The notes beneath the pieces are model-generated. The model saw only the letters and a program-made list of their open reading frames with translations, made no database searches and had not been told where the DNA came from. A stretch of 64,000 nucleotides of DNA from Octopus vulgaris (lineage: Eukaryota), in NCBI GenBank assembly GCA_951406725.2, contig OX597833.1:6696001-6760000 (forward strand), given 5' to 3'. Positions 1 to 14,180 of the stretch are shown in pieces (position 1 is the first letter of the stretch; each line of letters opens with the position of its first letter). The position numbers and the translations under genes are program-made.

Positions 1-58
1 CTGCTGCTGCTACTACTACTACTACTACTACTACTACTATTACTACTACTACTACTAT

Positions 59-90
<32 letters not shown>

Positions 91-217
91 TCATTGAGTT
101 TTGCCGTCATTGTTTTTATTTCTTGTGTAACAACCTCCCCCACCCACCTTACCATTCCTTTCTGCTTCCCTTTCATCCCGTCACACCTCTCACTCTCCTT
201 CCTTCCTTCCTTTCTCC

Positions 218-262
<45 letters not shown>

Positions 263-423
263 ACTGTCCCTCACCCCCTCCCATCCTTTCTCTCTCATCA
301 CTTTACAGATTTCCTAAGAAATAAATGAGGCCATTTTCTGTGATTCCATAAATATTTGGATTTACCGATTCCAATATGTTTCGCAGTAAGAATTACACAC
401 TCACACACACACACATACACACA

Positions 424-476
<53 letters not shown>

Positions 477-1109
477 CATGCTCACATAATACATACACAT
501 ACAGAAACACACACGTACACACTCAAAAACACTTTGAGATGCTCATACACACACACTCACACTGACACACACACACACACACATACACACACACGCTCAC
601 ATAATACATACACATACAGAAACACACACGTACACACCCACAAACACTTTGAGATGCTCATACACACTCACACTCACACTGACACACACACACGCACACG
701 TGCTCATTCATTCTCTTCCGCTTTATCACACACGCACACACACACAAGCACGTACATACACTCACAAACCCACTTACTGCCACACGCACACATAGACAAA
801 CACGCTCATACACCCACCTACACTCACACGCGCACACACATACATATACACACACGCACCCCCATTCACTGATGTCTACCTCTACCCTATAACCATTTCC
901 CTTGACCTGAATCACGAAAAAAATACTTTAATATCTTCCAGCTTATTCTTTACTCAGGTGAAACCAAGAGTTTGGTTCCTCGCCTTCCAGGAGGAATTTT
1001 ATAGAAGTCTGGGAATGTTAAATCTTTAATCAAGACTAACAACAACCATAAAGAAGATTTGGGAGTCGATCCTGATAGGAAACAAGATTCATTCCTTGGT
1101 TAATATGCA

Positions 1110-1600
1110 ATGATGAGGCTTCGTCAGTCAATGTGATTGATCACACCTTCACTACATAATAATGTAAATCACTCACCAATCAATATGACTGTTCAAAACT
1201 TGACAATATCATATTGTGGTGCTGTCTCACTAATTAGTGTGATTGATCAAATCTTAACTGTATATTGATGTAATGGTGTTTTGCCAGTCAGTGTGAGTGA
1301 CGAAATCTTTCACTAAATAATGCCGTAATGGTTTTTCATCAATCGATATGACTGACCAACTGTTTATTGCATAAAATGCAGCAGTATTTCGCCAATCAAC
1401 GCGATTGATTAAACCTTCACTATCTAATGGTGTGGTCGTGTTTCATTAGTCAATGTGACTGACCAAACCATCACTACATAATGATCTAGTTGTTCCTCAA
1501 TCAATTTCATTGATCATTTCTTCATTATAAAATGATGCGGTGAAGTTTCATCAATCAGTATGAGTGACCAACCGTTTGCTAAATAATGATGTGTTGATTT
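1110..1600. repeat. Old degenerate minisatellite, about 54-bp unit x9
   Basis: Motif ca(g/a)tcaatgtga(t/c)tga(t/c)caaac..cactacataatgatg recurs near 1125, 1177, 1231, 1286, 1340, 1393, 1447, 1498 and 1552. Confidence 0.75.
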
Positions 1601-1800
1601 TTAACCATTATTTTTGGTTAACCATTTTCTACAATAGATAACCTCTTATGATGAACGTAAACAAACAAACGAAGTTTGCTTTAGAAGCGTTGAGATATCT
1701 TGGAAAGTTAAAGAAGTGATTTTAAATTCTCAAACGCAGGATGATGCTAATAATATACCCTGAACAGGATAAGCTACCCCTATTTTGCAGATAAAAGCGT

Positions 1801-1880
1801 TGGCGGCCGGCTATGAGACTCGAACTCACACCTTCGTGATTAAGCGTCGCAGTGCTTTGAACCATTATGCTAAACCGCCC
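1801..1880 (-). pseudogene. tRNA-like sequence (possible Lys-CTT origin) with encoded CCA; tRNA pseudogene or SINE head
   Basis: Minus strand reads GGGCGGTTTAGCATAATGG (A box)...tgcga-cgCTTaa-tcacg...GTGAGTTCGAGTCTCAT (B box/T arm)...GCCGGCCGCCA, then ACGCTTTT. Acceptor and anticodon stems contain mismatches. Confidence 0.55.
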
Positions 1881-2258
1881 ACACCACAAATTCTTTCGCA
1901 AATTTAAGATATATAGAAATCTCGCTTTATGAGGCGTTTGTCATTTCTTCCGTTACTCACCCCCACCAACCCTCGGAATTAGAGGCGACACTATCACTGC
2001 CATCACAACCACCAGCAGAACAATCACTACCACCACCGCCACCCTCATCATCAGCAGCAGTACCACTACTACCACCCCAACACAACCACACTAGCCAGTA
2101 CCACCACCACCACCACCACCACCATTGTCAAAACTATACCACCACTTGTGCTCTTTCTCTTTCTATCTCTCTCTCTACCCCTCTCTCCCGCTATATCTGA
2201 GAGTGTCGGTATTCATAAATACCATACATATATGTACATACATACATACATACATATA

Positions 2259-2315
<57 letters not shown>

Positions 2316-3119
2316 GTATATATATATGTGTGTATTTATGCATACCGACACTATCACATATACACATACCTACATACACACACTCCCTCATCTTAATATA
2401 CACAAATATCTTACTTACCTTTACCATATCTCCTGTCCCCACCAAAACTGACAAGCCCTCTAAAAAGACCCCCTTTATCGCCCTCAACTACCAACAATAG
2501 CACACAGGACCTATTAAATCTCACAGCTCAGCAGAACAATCGGCTCCCTTTGTACTTTTCTATCTGATCTTCATTACAAGTCAACAATGAAACGCCAACA
2601 CACTGCGAATGTTTTCTTAAAATACAGTCGTGTGTATTTGTCATCATGTAAGGCTGTTATTTTAAATAAACACTGCATAATTCCCTGTTAAACAGACACC
2701 AATTAGTCCCCTAAATATATACAAGTATCTATTTTATTTGTTTATTTTTGTGTGGGGTTTCTATTTGTTTGTTGTCTTTTGTTCTCGTTCGTCTTTCATT
2801 TGGTTGTCACAGCAAAAGGAAAACGGAGTGTTAGGGGTGAATTGAGGGGTGGGTTTGCCGGTCGGTCGATAATTACGTAGGTCTACGGATTGGGGTGCGA
2901 ACACGGGTAGTCAATCAGGCTTTGTGTGTCTTTCTGTCTGTGTGTGCGAGCACGGACGTGTGTGTGTATGTGTGTGTGTGTGTCTGTGCGTGCGTACGTA
3001 CGTGCATATATATGTGTATGTGTCTGTTTTCAACTGAGTGGACGAAGTTTATGAATATAAATACATATATTCATATACACACGCACACACGCATATATCT
3101 CTCTCTTACTCGCTTTCTC

Positions 3120-3524
3120 CTTCTTACTTGTTTCAGTCATTTGACTGCGGCCATGCTGGAGCACCGCCTTTAGTCGAGAAAATTCGACCCCAGGATTTAT
3201 TCTTTGTAAGCCTAGTACTTATTCTATCGGTCTCTTTTGCCGAACTGCTAAGTTATGGGGACGTAACTGGTTACACCCCAGCATCGGTTGTCAAGCGATG
3301 TTGGCGGGACAAACACAGACACACAAACATATACACGCACATATATATATACATATATACGACGGGCTTCTTTCAGTTTCCCCTCTACCAAATCCACTCA
3401 CAAGGCTTTGGTCGGCCCGAGGCTATAGCAGAAGACACTTGCCCAAGGTGCCACGCAGTGGGACTGACCCCGGAACCAGGTGGTTGGTAAGCAAGCTACT
3501 TACCACACAACCACTCCTGCGCCT
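3120..3524 (-). mobile_element. tRNA-derived SINE, family A (octopus OR/CORE-like), full length
   Basis: Head ggcgcaggagtggttgtgtggtaag...ggttccggggtcagtcccactgcgtggcaccttgggcaagt, internal microsatellite, tail gactgaaacaagtaaga. Near-identical to copies at 10767 and 24373. Confidence 0.9.
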
Positions 3525-4417
3525 AAATAACCTGATAGATTTCTGTTTTTGCTAACCACCACGACCACCACCGCCACCATATCAAAAGGTTCAGAGGCCA
3601 TATTTAGATATTGTAGATTTAGACACACTATATTTGGACAAAAGAAAATGGAGCGGTCGCATTTGGAGCGCTGTTCACAAGAGGGCGCTTGCGTGAGGAT
3701 CTACTTTGACTTAATAAAACAACGATGAAAATATCATGAACAGACAGAAAAGGAATTACAAGGCAGTGGCTCAAGGGAGTAGAAATAGTAGCCAAATCTC
3801 CCTTAAAGTACACTCCTATTACCTTGGGAAACAAAAGACATTAGTCAGAATGATCATGTCTGAAATACCCCCAAACAGTACTAACCAAGGGTTCAACAAC
3901 AACAACAACAACGCTGAAGGAGAATGTATAACACAATGAATGCTGGACACCGCTTCTATACTCGCGTTCATACACAAGATAGAACATATATAGCACAACC
4001 AGCTGTAAGAGAGAGGAAACTTCTACACACCGCACTTATACAGAACATTATTCTACACGCATCACAATACATGACTATATATCAATGCTAGATCTATCCG
4101 AAATCATCTCCACCCACGTTTATTGTAAACACAACAGTTTGTCTTGCACAGCCAGGGACCACTTAAATACTTACGTTTATACTTAACACTTAAACAGTTA
4201 ATCTGACTATATTGCAGTTATCGCCCTAATTAAGATTAACACTCGTCACTGAAGAGGCTCCCAGCTACTTTTCTCACCTTCATTTCCCCACCTCTTCCTT
4301 TCACCTCTTTCCCTCTCTTTTTATTCTTTTTTTAAATCTGTAGTTTATCTCATGGCACATATATCCTAATATTATTTAAAACCATTACAAGTCTCTCCCG
4401 ACTTCCTGGAAAGCACG

Positions 4418-4742
4418 TGTTGTTGGCACCCTTTTTGTCTCGGGAGACAATGGAGTTGCGCATAAAATAATCTTGTCCGGTTTTTACATTTCATGTCCTA
4501 ATACATCTCCTGCTGTGGCTGTGTAGTCCTATCCTGGACAAACACTCCCTCTGGCAGGTGCCGCAAATGTAGCGAAGACTTTTCCTGGCTGGTTGTAATG
4601 TCATAGTTTCTTGTTGACGTCTTTTCTTGTCTTTCCATTTCTCCTCTCTCTCTCTATGTCACTCCTTTGTGTTCCCTCTTTTACGGTACGTCGCCAATCT
4701 CCACGGTTGCTGGCAACTGCTTCCCAGTTGCTAATATTGATG
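4418..4742 (-). mobile_element. RTE-clade LINE 3' fragment
   Basis: Minus-strand translation WEAVASNRGDWRRTVKEG...YICGTCQRECLSRIGLHSHSRRC (frameshifted) matches the RTE C-terminal zinc-finger motif. The 3' UTR ends ccattgtctcccgagacaaaaag..ccaacaaca. Confidence 0.85.
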
Positions 4743-4744
4743 AT

Positions 4745-5110
4745 AATGACAAGAAAAAACGAAGTTGCTTATTAATCGATCCATCATGTCCATTTGATTC
4801 CAGGATCCTAAAGAAAAAAGACGAAAAACAAAAGAAAATACAATCCCTTAAAATTTGAAATTCCAAGAATTTGGAATATAAAAACTGTAAAGGTTGTGAC
4901 TGCGATTATTGGTGCTTTGGGAATTGTGAGTAAAGAGATAGACAAATTGTTGAAGGAGATTGGAATAGAATGTCCTGAAGAGTGTCCAGAGAAAGTTTGC
5001 CTCTTGGGGAAAGGGAAAGATTATCAGGAGGGTTCTAAGCACTTGAAGTCCTAATAGATACTCGTGGATATCTAAGGTTGCAGGTAGCAACCTGCTACCC
5101 ACGTAAATCC
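4745..5110 (+). mobile_element. 3' end of a restriction-like-endonuclease non-LTR retrotransposon (R4/Dong-like)
   Basis: DKKKRSCLLIDPSCPFDSRILKKKDEK..., IWNIKTVKVVTAIIGALGIVSKEI...KVCLLGKGKIIRRVLST* (frameshifted) matches the RLE domain C-terminus. 3' UTR hairpin AGGTTGC/GCAACCT at 5075-5093. Confidence 0.75.
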
Positions 5111-5290
5111 CATCCATTACATCGACTCCAAAGGAATTCGAACCCAGAATATAAAGACGGACGAAATGTCGCTAAGTATTTTGTCCCGGGGTCGGGGTGG
5201 GGTGGGAGCTCACCATTCTGACAGCTCGCTGCTTTGAAGAATAGTGATAACAACACGAGCGTACATACACACATACACTTATACATACAT

Positions 5291-5642
<352 letters not shown>

Positions 5643-5736
5643 GATAATTTCCTCTATTTACATAATATTGAGGCGGTCGCTCGCTTTCTTTCTTTTGTTA
5701 TCTTACCGTTTTTACCAATATATATATATAAACATA

Positions 5737-5822
<86 letters not shown>

Positions 5823-6052
5823 CACACACAAATGTATACATGTGTGTGTATGCATGTATGTTTATTTACAACACATGTAAGTTTGTCGTTGTCTCAGCCT
5901 CGTCTAGACTGGATTAATTGAAATAATTTAATTAACGGTAATTCGCAACTTACATTGTTCCGACATGTTTAACATCTTTTCAGATCTCATTTAACTGATT
6001 GGATAAACAAACAGAACGCACTGAAATATTTACACACATCACTATATAACGA

Positions 6053-6092
<40 letters not shown>

Positions 6093-6093
6093 A

Positions 6094-6126
<33 letters not shown>

Positions 6127-6203
6127 GCTACTGTACTACTACACTACAACAACAACAACTACTACTACTGCTACTGCTGCTGTTACTACTACTGCTGCTG
6201 CTG

Positions 6204-6237
<34 letters not shown>

Positions 6238-6471
6238 AGCTGTCTTGTTCTCGCTTCTTTCGTTTTTCATTTCACCATCATCATCATTGCCATTATCATT
6301 GTGGTCTTCTTCTTCTTCTTCTTCTTCTTCTTCTTCTTCTTCTTCTTCTTCTTCTTCTTCTTCTTCTTCTTCTTCTTCTTCTCTCTCTCTCTCTCTCATT
6401 CTTATTATATCTGTGTAAGTATATATACATATAAATACTCAGACACCTCCACCACCATCACATATATATCT

Positions 6472-7725
6472 ATACGAGTCTCCCAGACTATGTTTAATAA
6501 ATAAATAACTTATCAAAGTTTATGATCGTCTCCTTCCAAATGGTCATGTTGTGCTGAAAAACACTGGTGCCAACGTTTCTCTCACTTTTGGAATCCAGCC
6601 TGGAAGTCGTTTTCCGTAAGCAAATCGAGGACCTTCTGCGATTCGCTCTGGATCTCGATAACGGAATTAAAACGGCGATGTTTGAGTTTCATTTTCATCT
6701 TGAGGAAGAGATGGAAGTCTGCATTTTCTAAATCTGGCGAATAAGGTTGCTGCAGAAGCGATGCCATGTTTTTGATGAGAAACTCACGAATGGGGAGAGC
6801 TCGGTGCATTGTCGTCGTGAAGAATTCAATTCTTCACGCTCCACGGATCCGGTCGCTTTCGTCCAATGTCCTCCCATAAACGTTTCAAAACGTCGCAGTA
6901 AGACTCTCGAATGACGATCTAGCCCTGGTGGGGCACGGGAATTTTCGATGCACACTTCCGCAAAGGTTGAAAATTGCTCTTGATTGAGTTGCGGCTTTGT
7001 CGTACCTTCTTCGGTCGTAGAGATGACGGTCTCTTTCATTGTGAGGAATGTTGTTTTGTCTCAGGGTCTCACCCGTACACCCAATTCCTGCCAGCAGTCA
7101 TGATCCTCGGTATGAAAGGATGGAGCATCAGCGGCACGCTGGCGGATATCTTGACAGACTTCGACACGATGTTCTTTCTGCTCAGTGGTCAGCAGGTGGG
7201 GGATAAACTTGGCAGAGACACGCCACAAGTTCAATTCGGACGTTAGGATTGATTGCAAGAACTCATACAACATCAGCAATGTCGTTGATTGTCCTCCGAC
7301 GACCCTCATGCACAGACTGAGGAATTTTCTCCACATTCCTGGGGGTGACACTCGAGGCAGGTCATCCAGGTCGATTATCGTCCTGCAGTGACGCTCTTCC
7401 GCTTTTGAAGCACCCGTGCCACTCGAACCATTGCGTTATACTCATTACCTGGTTGCCGTAAGCTTGCTGAATCATGCTTAATGTCACAGGTAGCAGACTT
7501 CCCAAGTTTAACGCAAAATCTCACGTTGGCTCTTTATTCCAACTTCCTGTCCAAGACAAAAATCGCAGGCTGCAATATACATGGGATCGCAAAAACGCAA
7601 ATTCCACAAATTGCGATGTAAAAACAGCGATGTCACTCAACACACACTGCTTCATGAAGATCACTGTTGGCTCTCATTCGGTACGCAACCGTGTGCTACC
7701 ACCTGTTCGCGCGCTACAGAACTAG

Positions 7726-7728
<3 letters not shown>
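6472..7728 (-). mobile_element. mariner transposon with pseudogenised transposase
   Basis: Across frames: RANVRFCVKLGKSA, WFEWHGCFKSGR, SAKFIPHLLTTEQKEHRVEVC, HDDNAP, PYSPDLENADFHLFLKMK..RRF. Multiple stops and frameshifts; TIRs degraded. Confidence 0.92.
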
Positions 7729-7787
<59 letters not shown>

Positions 7788-8199
7788 CGAACATACCTAT
7801 GAGCAAAGGAGTTCCAGCCATGATCATCCCGCTTTTGTAAACTAGGAACAGTGTTCAATGTGCATATCCTCCTTTAAAACAGTAGGTTGTGATTTGAAGG
7901 CGATTTGGTTGATGTTTCTAGCAAGTCAGACTTTACCCATCACATAATTGGCTCCCAATGGTCATTGCTGTTGTTATTGTTGTTGTTGTTGTTGTTGGTA
8001 GTGGTGGTGGTATTGTTAGCCCTGGAACTGTTATGATGGGATAGACCGACCTCAAAGTCACACTAACCGTGACCACCTCCACTTTTTACTGCATCAGGAA
8101 TTATGTTGTCCCATGTGTTGGTTCCTTGTTTATGATGGAGTCTGGGTTGGTGGGTGATTGGAGGGCGATTTGGCTGCTACTTCTAACAGGTCTTACCAC

Positions 8200-8653
8200 C
8201 TAGCAGATGACGGAGGGTGGTCGTGTAGTGGCGTGTGAGGAGGTGGTGGTAGTGGTGGCGGCGGTGGCGGTGCTGACTGTGGTAGTGGTGTTTGTGCGGT
8301 GGTATTTAATGGTAATAATGAGGTTACGTGTGGTGGTGGTTGTGGTGCATGGTAGTAGCGGTGGTGGTAGTGTTGGTGGTGGTGGTGGTGGTGGGTAGGG
8401 GGTGATTTCAAAATGTAATGTTGTAGGGAGGGAGTGAGGGGTGGAGGGAGTAAAGGTGATGGTAGTGTGAGTTGTAGTAATGGCGGGGTGAAAGAAGGTG
8501 GCAGTGGGGTTCAGGTAGGGGATGGGAAGGAAACGATGGTTATGTTGAGGGTGGTGGAGCTGGGGTGGGGAGAGGGCTCAGGTGGAAGTGATGGTGGTGG
8601 TGGTGGTGGTGGTGGTGGTGGTGGTGGTGGTGGTGGTGGTGGTGGTGGTGGTA

Positions 8654-8702
<49 letters not shown>

Positions 8703-8960
8703 CGATGTCGACGACGATGATGATGATGGTAGTGATGATGATGATCATGATGGTTGTGGTGGTAGTGGTGGTGGTGATGGTGGCGATAATGGGGATAATG
8801 ACGATAAGGATGGTGATGATGATGATGATGATGATGGTTGTGGTGGCGGGAGCGATGATGATGTTGATAGTGGTGATGGTGGTGGCGTTGGTGTTGGTGG
8901 TGGTTGTGGTGTTGTTGTTGTTGGTGTTGGTGGCGGTGGTGGCGGTGGTGGTAGGTAACC
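8200..8960. repeat. Compound (GGT)n/(GAT)n trinucleotide microsatellite
   Basis: Directly visible. Confidence 0.95.
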
Positions 8961-9110
8961 AGTAAATATAAACCATATGTGGAATGTGTCCCATTTCTTG
9001 AGGTTAAAAAAATCTTCATAGAACTGGTGTCACTTTCAAAAGATACTTCCACTGTCTCTCTATGTATATGTGTGCGTATATATATATGTATGTGTATATA
9101 TGTGTGTGTG

Positions 9111-9188
<78 letters not shown>

Positions 9189-9241
9189 CATATATATATG
9201 CATACATATATATATATACGTATATATAATGTATGTGCATA

Positions 9242-9284
<43 letters not shown>

Positions 9285-9552
9285 CTATGGACATACTTGC
9301 ATACCTACATACATAAATGCATACATGTATATATATATATATGTGTGTGTGTGCGTGCGTGTGCGTGCGTGTGTGTGTGTGTGCGTATATAAATGTATGA
9401 ATGTATACATATATGCATATGAACGTACATATGGACGTACATATATGCATTTGTACATATATATGAATACAGGTACCTGTATGTACATGTTTCTCTGAAT
9501 GTATTTCTGCATCTGTCTGTTCTACAAGCAGGCGGACACACACACACATCCC

Positions 9553-9606
<54 letters not shown>

Positions 9607-9622
9607 AATCTATCTATCTATC

Positions 9623-9720
<98 letters not shown>

Positions 9721-10404
9721 CGCACGTACACACATTTTGCACATACATACCTCTATATACATAAATTCACACACGTACTCAAGCATATTTGCGCGCGGCG
9801 AAAACCCGCAATAACCGTCTGACAACCGGAGTCGCGCTGTGTGTTCGATCTTCGTTAGAAATATCTCGTTTCCATACCGTTTTAATAATGAAATACTTCT
9901 GCCACGTCTTGTGACTTAAGCTTGACTTGCCATCTATAAGAAAGCGAAGCTTCCGGTGAAGATCCACCAATCCATCTCGGACCAGAATTTGTTAATTGCA
10001 TTCCATCGTTTTTTAGACTTAATCTGCTCCCCAGATTAATACCACCACATGAGACGGGTTTTGGCGGAGTAAGTTTTGTTGTAAGAGACCAAGTATTTGG
10101 CTTCATGGATTACAGATCGTCCGTCAAACTTTATCTTGTTTCAAAGTCTCCGTTGAAAGGCCAGGAGCTCTCTACCACCACATTTGTGGCTTCATGATAA
10201 GATAATTTATATTTATGCAGGGTGGATTCTATCCTGATTGGTCAAATCGAATGAAAACCAAAGATTTGTTGGGGATGAAATAAAACATGACTCTATCCAC
10301 CCTGATGAGACATAAATGATTGATGTATAAAGTTTAGTTAGCTGTATCCACCCTTCCTTATTGAGTGTGGGCGTATATGTATGTGCATGTATGTATACAT
10401 AGAT

Positions 10405-10439
<35 letters not shown>

Positions 10440-10452
10440 AACGCACACACAC

Positions 10453-10495
<43 letters not shown>

Positions 10496-10766
10496 TGAAT
10501 TTGTTATTTGTGTCTGAGATTGCCGTCCCCCCCCCCCCACCATCGTTTGACAACCGATGTTGGTGTGTTTATACCCTCATCACCTAGCGGTTCGGCAAAA
10601 AGTTGTCCCGATAGAATAAGTACTTGGCTTACAGCGGTCGATTTGTTCGACGAAAAGGCGGTGCTGCAGCATGGCCGCGGTGAAATGACTGAAACAAATA
10701 AAAGAATAAAAGAATCGCTATACCGTCAGAAAACCGTTAGCGTTTGTTCAGAGAATGTTGTACATT

Positions 10767-10929
10767 AGGCGCAGGAGTGGCTGTGTAGTAAGTAGCTTGC
10801 TTACCAACCACATGGTTCCGGGTTCAGTCCCACTGCGTGGTATCTTGGGCAAGTGTCTTCTACTATAGCCTCGGACCGACCAAAGCCTTGTGAGTGGATT
10901 TGGTAGACGGAAACTGAAAGAAGCCCGTC

Positions 10930-11010
<81 letters not shown>

Positions 11011-11217
11011 TGTGTCTGTGTTTGTCCCCCTAGCATTGCTTGACAACCGATGCTGGTGTGTTTACGTCCGCGTCACTTAGCGGTTCGGCAAAAGAGACTG
11101 AGAGAATAAGTACTGGGCTTACAAAGAATAAGTCCTGGGGTCGATTTGCTCGACTAAAGGCGGTGCTCCAGCATGGCCGCAGTCAAGTGACTGAAACAAG
11201 TAAAAGAGTAAAAGAGT
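10767..11217 (+). mobile_element. SINE family A, full length (partial copy at about 10495-10715)
   Basis: Same head, body and tail as 3120-3524; ends in (gtaaaaga)x2. Confidence 0.9.
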
Positions 11218-11605
11218 ATTAGTTTTGATTTCAAATTGTTCTTAGTCTCTCCTCCCCCTCTCTTTCCTGGTGACTCGAAAATAGAAGATATGTGGACCGT
11301 GGGACTTCTCAGACATCTAAATTCTAATGTCATCTCCACCTTGCTTTTGGTGTTTGCTGATTCTTTCATACGCCTTTCATTCTTAAACACCATCTGTAAC
11401 ATGTAGCTTGGCCCTCTATCATAGTTACAATGCATACGGCAGTGTGACATCACCGTGTGGATCTTAACTAGGCTCTTCCAGGAGAGGAAACCTGGCTGTT
11501 TCAAACAAAAATATATCCTTCATTTCCGATACATTTACACAGAACATTTTACTGTATTCTGTTGCGTGTCTGTAAAGTGAATGTGGTATTAGATAAGGCT
11601 GAGAA

Positions 11606-11838
11606 GGCGGTGAGCTGGCAGAATCGTTAGCACGCCGGGCGAAATGCTTGGTGTTATTTCGTCCGCCGCAGCGTTCTGAGTTCAAATTCCGCCGAGGTCG
11701 ACTTTGCCATTCATCCTTTCGGAGTCGATAAATTAAGTACCAGTTACGCACTGGGGTCGATGTAATCGACTTAATCCATTTGTCTGTCCTTGTTTGCCCC
11801 TCTGTGTTTAGCCCCTTGTGGGCAATAAAGAAATAAGA
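11606..11838 (+). mobile_element. tRNA-derived SINE, family B (Meta/MESC-domain-like)
   Basis: Head ggcggtgagctggcagaatcgttagc...gagttcaaattcc, central gactttgccattcatcctttcggagtcgataaattaagtaccag, tail gccccttgtgggcaataaagaaata. Confidence 0.85.
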
Positions 11839-11850
11839 TAACAAGAAAAC

Positions 11851-12595
11851 CAGTTTTCCATTCGCCTGTCATCTGCAATGACTATCAATAAATCACAAGG
11901 GTAGACATCTGATGAAGTGAGGGTGTTCTTGCCTGGACCTGTATTCGGCCATGGTCAGTTATACGTTGTATTCTCAAGGGTTCGCAAATTATCTGATGTG
12001 AGAGTTAAAGTTATCAACAGTGACAAACAAGGAAAAAGAAGAGGGAGAACTTACACAATGAACATAGTCAGCAAAGAAGTATTGGATTGAAAGGTCTACG
12101 CAAATTGAAATGTGTATTGGCTCAAAGCCATGGCCTTGGCTTATAAGTTACCAACGATGGGATCTTCAGAGTACGCCATGTTGCAATAATTCCACCCCCG
12201 TAAAATTGCGACCCCTATATTTTACATATGTAAAATTATTTTTTTACTATAACATTTTCGTTTTCTAGATATGACATTGTGACCATGTAAATTTTAAAAT
12301 GTAATTTTTTTCGGTTTATGGAAAAAAATGGAAAAATAAGAGTGAATATTCATATTTTGAATGCTGTGTATTAAGTCTATAAAATTGTGCATAAAGTATA
12401 TAAAGTGTATATATAAAGTGCATTAAGTAATCATCGTATTCCAATTTCCTTCACTTTTTAATGATTAGAAGATGAGCGACTTTCTTTCCATACAGCCACA
12501 ACACAGGCTACACTTTCAGGTTTTTGGATAAAGTTTTCGGGAATAACCCAATAAGTTTACCATTAATTCCGAGAAATTTTCACAGGTTCCGCTAG
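11851..12595 (+). mobile_element. Helitron 3' fragment: PIF1 helicase C-terminus plus terminal hairpin and CTAG
   Basis: 11851-12090 translates [44 protein letters not shown]...TMNIVSKEVLD*, i.e. helicase motifs V and VI with one internal stop. A degenerate hairpin (ccgagaa-att-ttcacagg) precedes CTAG|T at 12592-12596. Confidence 0.88.
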
Positions 12596-12908
12596 TATAT
12601 ATATGAATTTGTGTATTTATGAATATGTATTTATGAACATATGTATATAGTTGTATGTATGTATGTATGTATGTATGTATGTATGTATGTATGTATGTAT
12701 GTATGTATTAGCTTCAAATTGTGGCACAAAGCCAACAGTTTCGGGGAGGGGATTAATAAGTCGATTACATCAAAGCCAGTTCTCAACTGGTACTTATTTT
12801 ATCGATCCCAAAAGGATGAAAGGCAAAGTCGACTTCGGCGGAATTTGAACTCAGAACATAAAGACGGACGAAATGCCGACGATTCTGTTCTGCCAGCTCT
12901 TTGTTTTG

Positions 12909-13065
<157 letters not shown>

Positions 13066-13389
13066 TAACAGCAGAGTGTATAGGTATGTATATACGTCAC
13101 TCAGAACCAAACTCCACTCCAACACTAAACTTGTCTGCAACAAATGGTGTTTGTTTTTACCAAAATTACTATTGTTGTTGTTGGTGGTGTTGTTTCGTTT
13201 CTCTTTTGTTCTGTTCCCCATTCTTGAAGGTTAAAGGGATCACATAAAGCATTTGTAGGGATCTAGTTAAATGGCATGGCCCCTTTTTATCAAGCCATAT
13301 GTTCCAAAGACTTCAACTTAAAACTACTTCAGTCTTCGTTTCAAAATCTCCTCTTATTTGCTTTCTTGCCTTTCTCACGTTTCCTTCTA

Positions 13390-13820
13390 CCTCTCCCCCC
13401 TTCCTTCCTTCCTTCCTTCCTTCCTCTCTTCCTTCCTTCCTTCCTTCCTTTTTCCTTTCTTTCCTTCTTTCTTTCTATCTTCCTTTCTTTCTTCCTTCCT
13501 TTCTTTCTTTCTTTTATTCGTTCTTTCTTTCTTTCTTCCTTTCTTTCTTCCTTTCTATCTTCCTTCCTTCCTACCTTCCTTCCTTCCTTCCTACCTTCCT
13601 TTCTTCCTTCCTTCCTTTCTTTCTTTCTATCTTCCTTTCTTTCTTCCTTTATTTCTTTCTTTCATTCGTTCTTTCTTTCTTCCTTTCTTTCATTCGTTCT
13701 TTCTTTCTTCTTTCCTTCCTTCCTTCCTTCCATCCTTTCGTTCTTTCTTTCGTTCGTTCTTTATTTATTTATTTATTTATTTCTTCCTTTCTTTCTTCCT
13801 TCCTTTATGTCTTCCTTCCA

Positions 13821-13851
<31 letters not shown>

Positions 13852-14180
13852 TTTCTTTCTTCCTTTCTATCTTCCTTTCTTTCTTCCTTCCTTTATGTCT
13901 TCTTTCCATTCTTTCTTTCTTTCTTTCTTTCTTTATTTATTTATTTCTTTCTTTATTTCTTTCTTTATTTATTTGTTTTACTTGTTTATTCCCCCCTATT
14001 TATTCCCCCACCCTCCTCTGCCTGTCTGTCTGTCTCTTTCTATTTTCCTTTATTTCCCCTTTATTTAATGATTTGACTCCTTCCTTCTCTCTTTCTCTCT
14101 CTCACTCTTTTTCTTCCTTTTCCCCTTTTTCTCTCTCTCTCTTTCCTTCCTACCCTCCTTTCTCCACCTCCTTCCTCTTA
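13390..14180. repeat. Polypyrimidine (TTCC/TTTC)n low-complexity tract
   Basis: Directly visible; followed by (GACA)n at about 14490-14890. Confidence 0.95.

Noticed and set aside
478-690. About 115-bp direct duplication (similar small ones at 21728-21965, 47110-47155 and 56965-57040)
   Set aside because: Ordinary slippage duplications in microsatellite context.
4686-4700. TGGCGACG on the minus strand as an LTR primer-binding site
   Set aside because: It lies within RTE coding sequence (DWRR) and no LTR is adjacent.
9780-10350. Complex unique stretch (also 11225-11600, 17480-17900, 33300-33900, 48930-49300) as possible exons
   Set aside because: No sustained ORF or motif that I can recognise; probably decayed transposons, but unassignable without a search.
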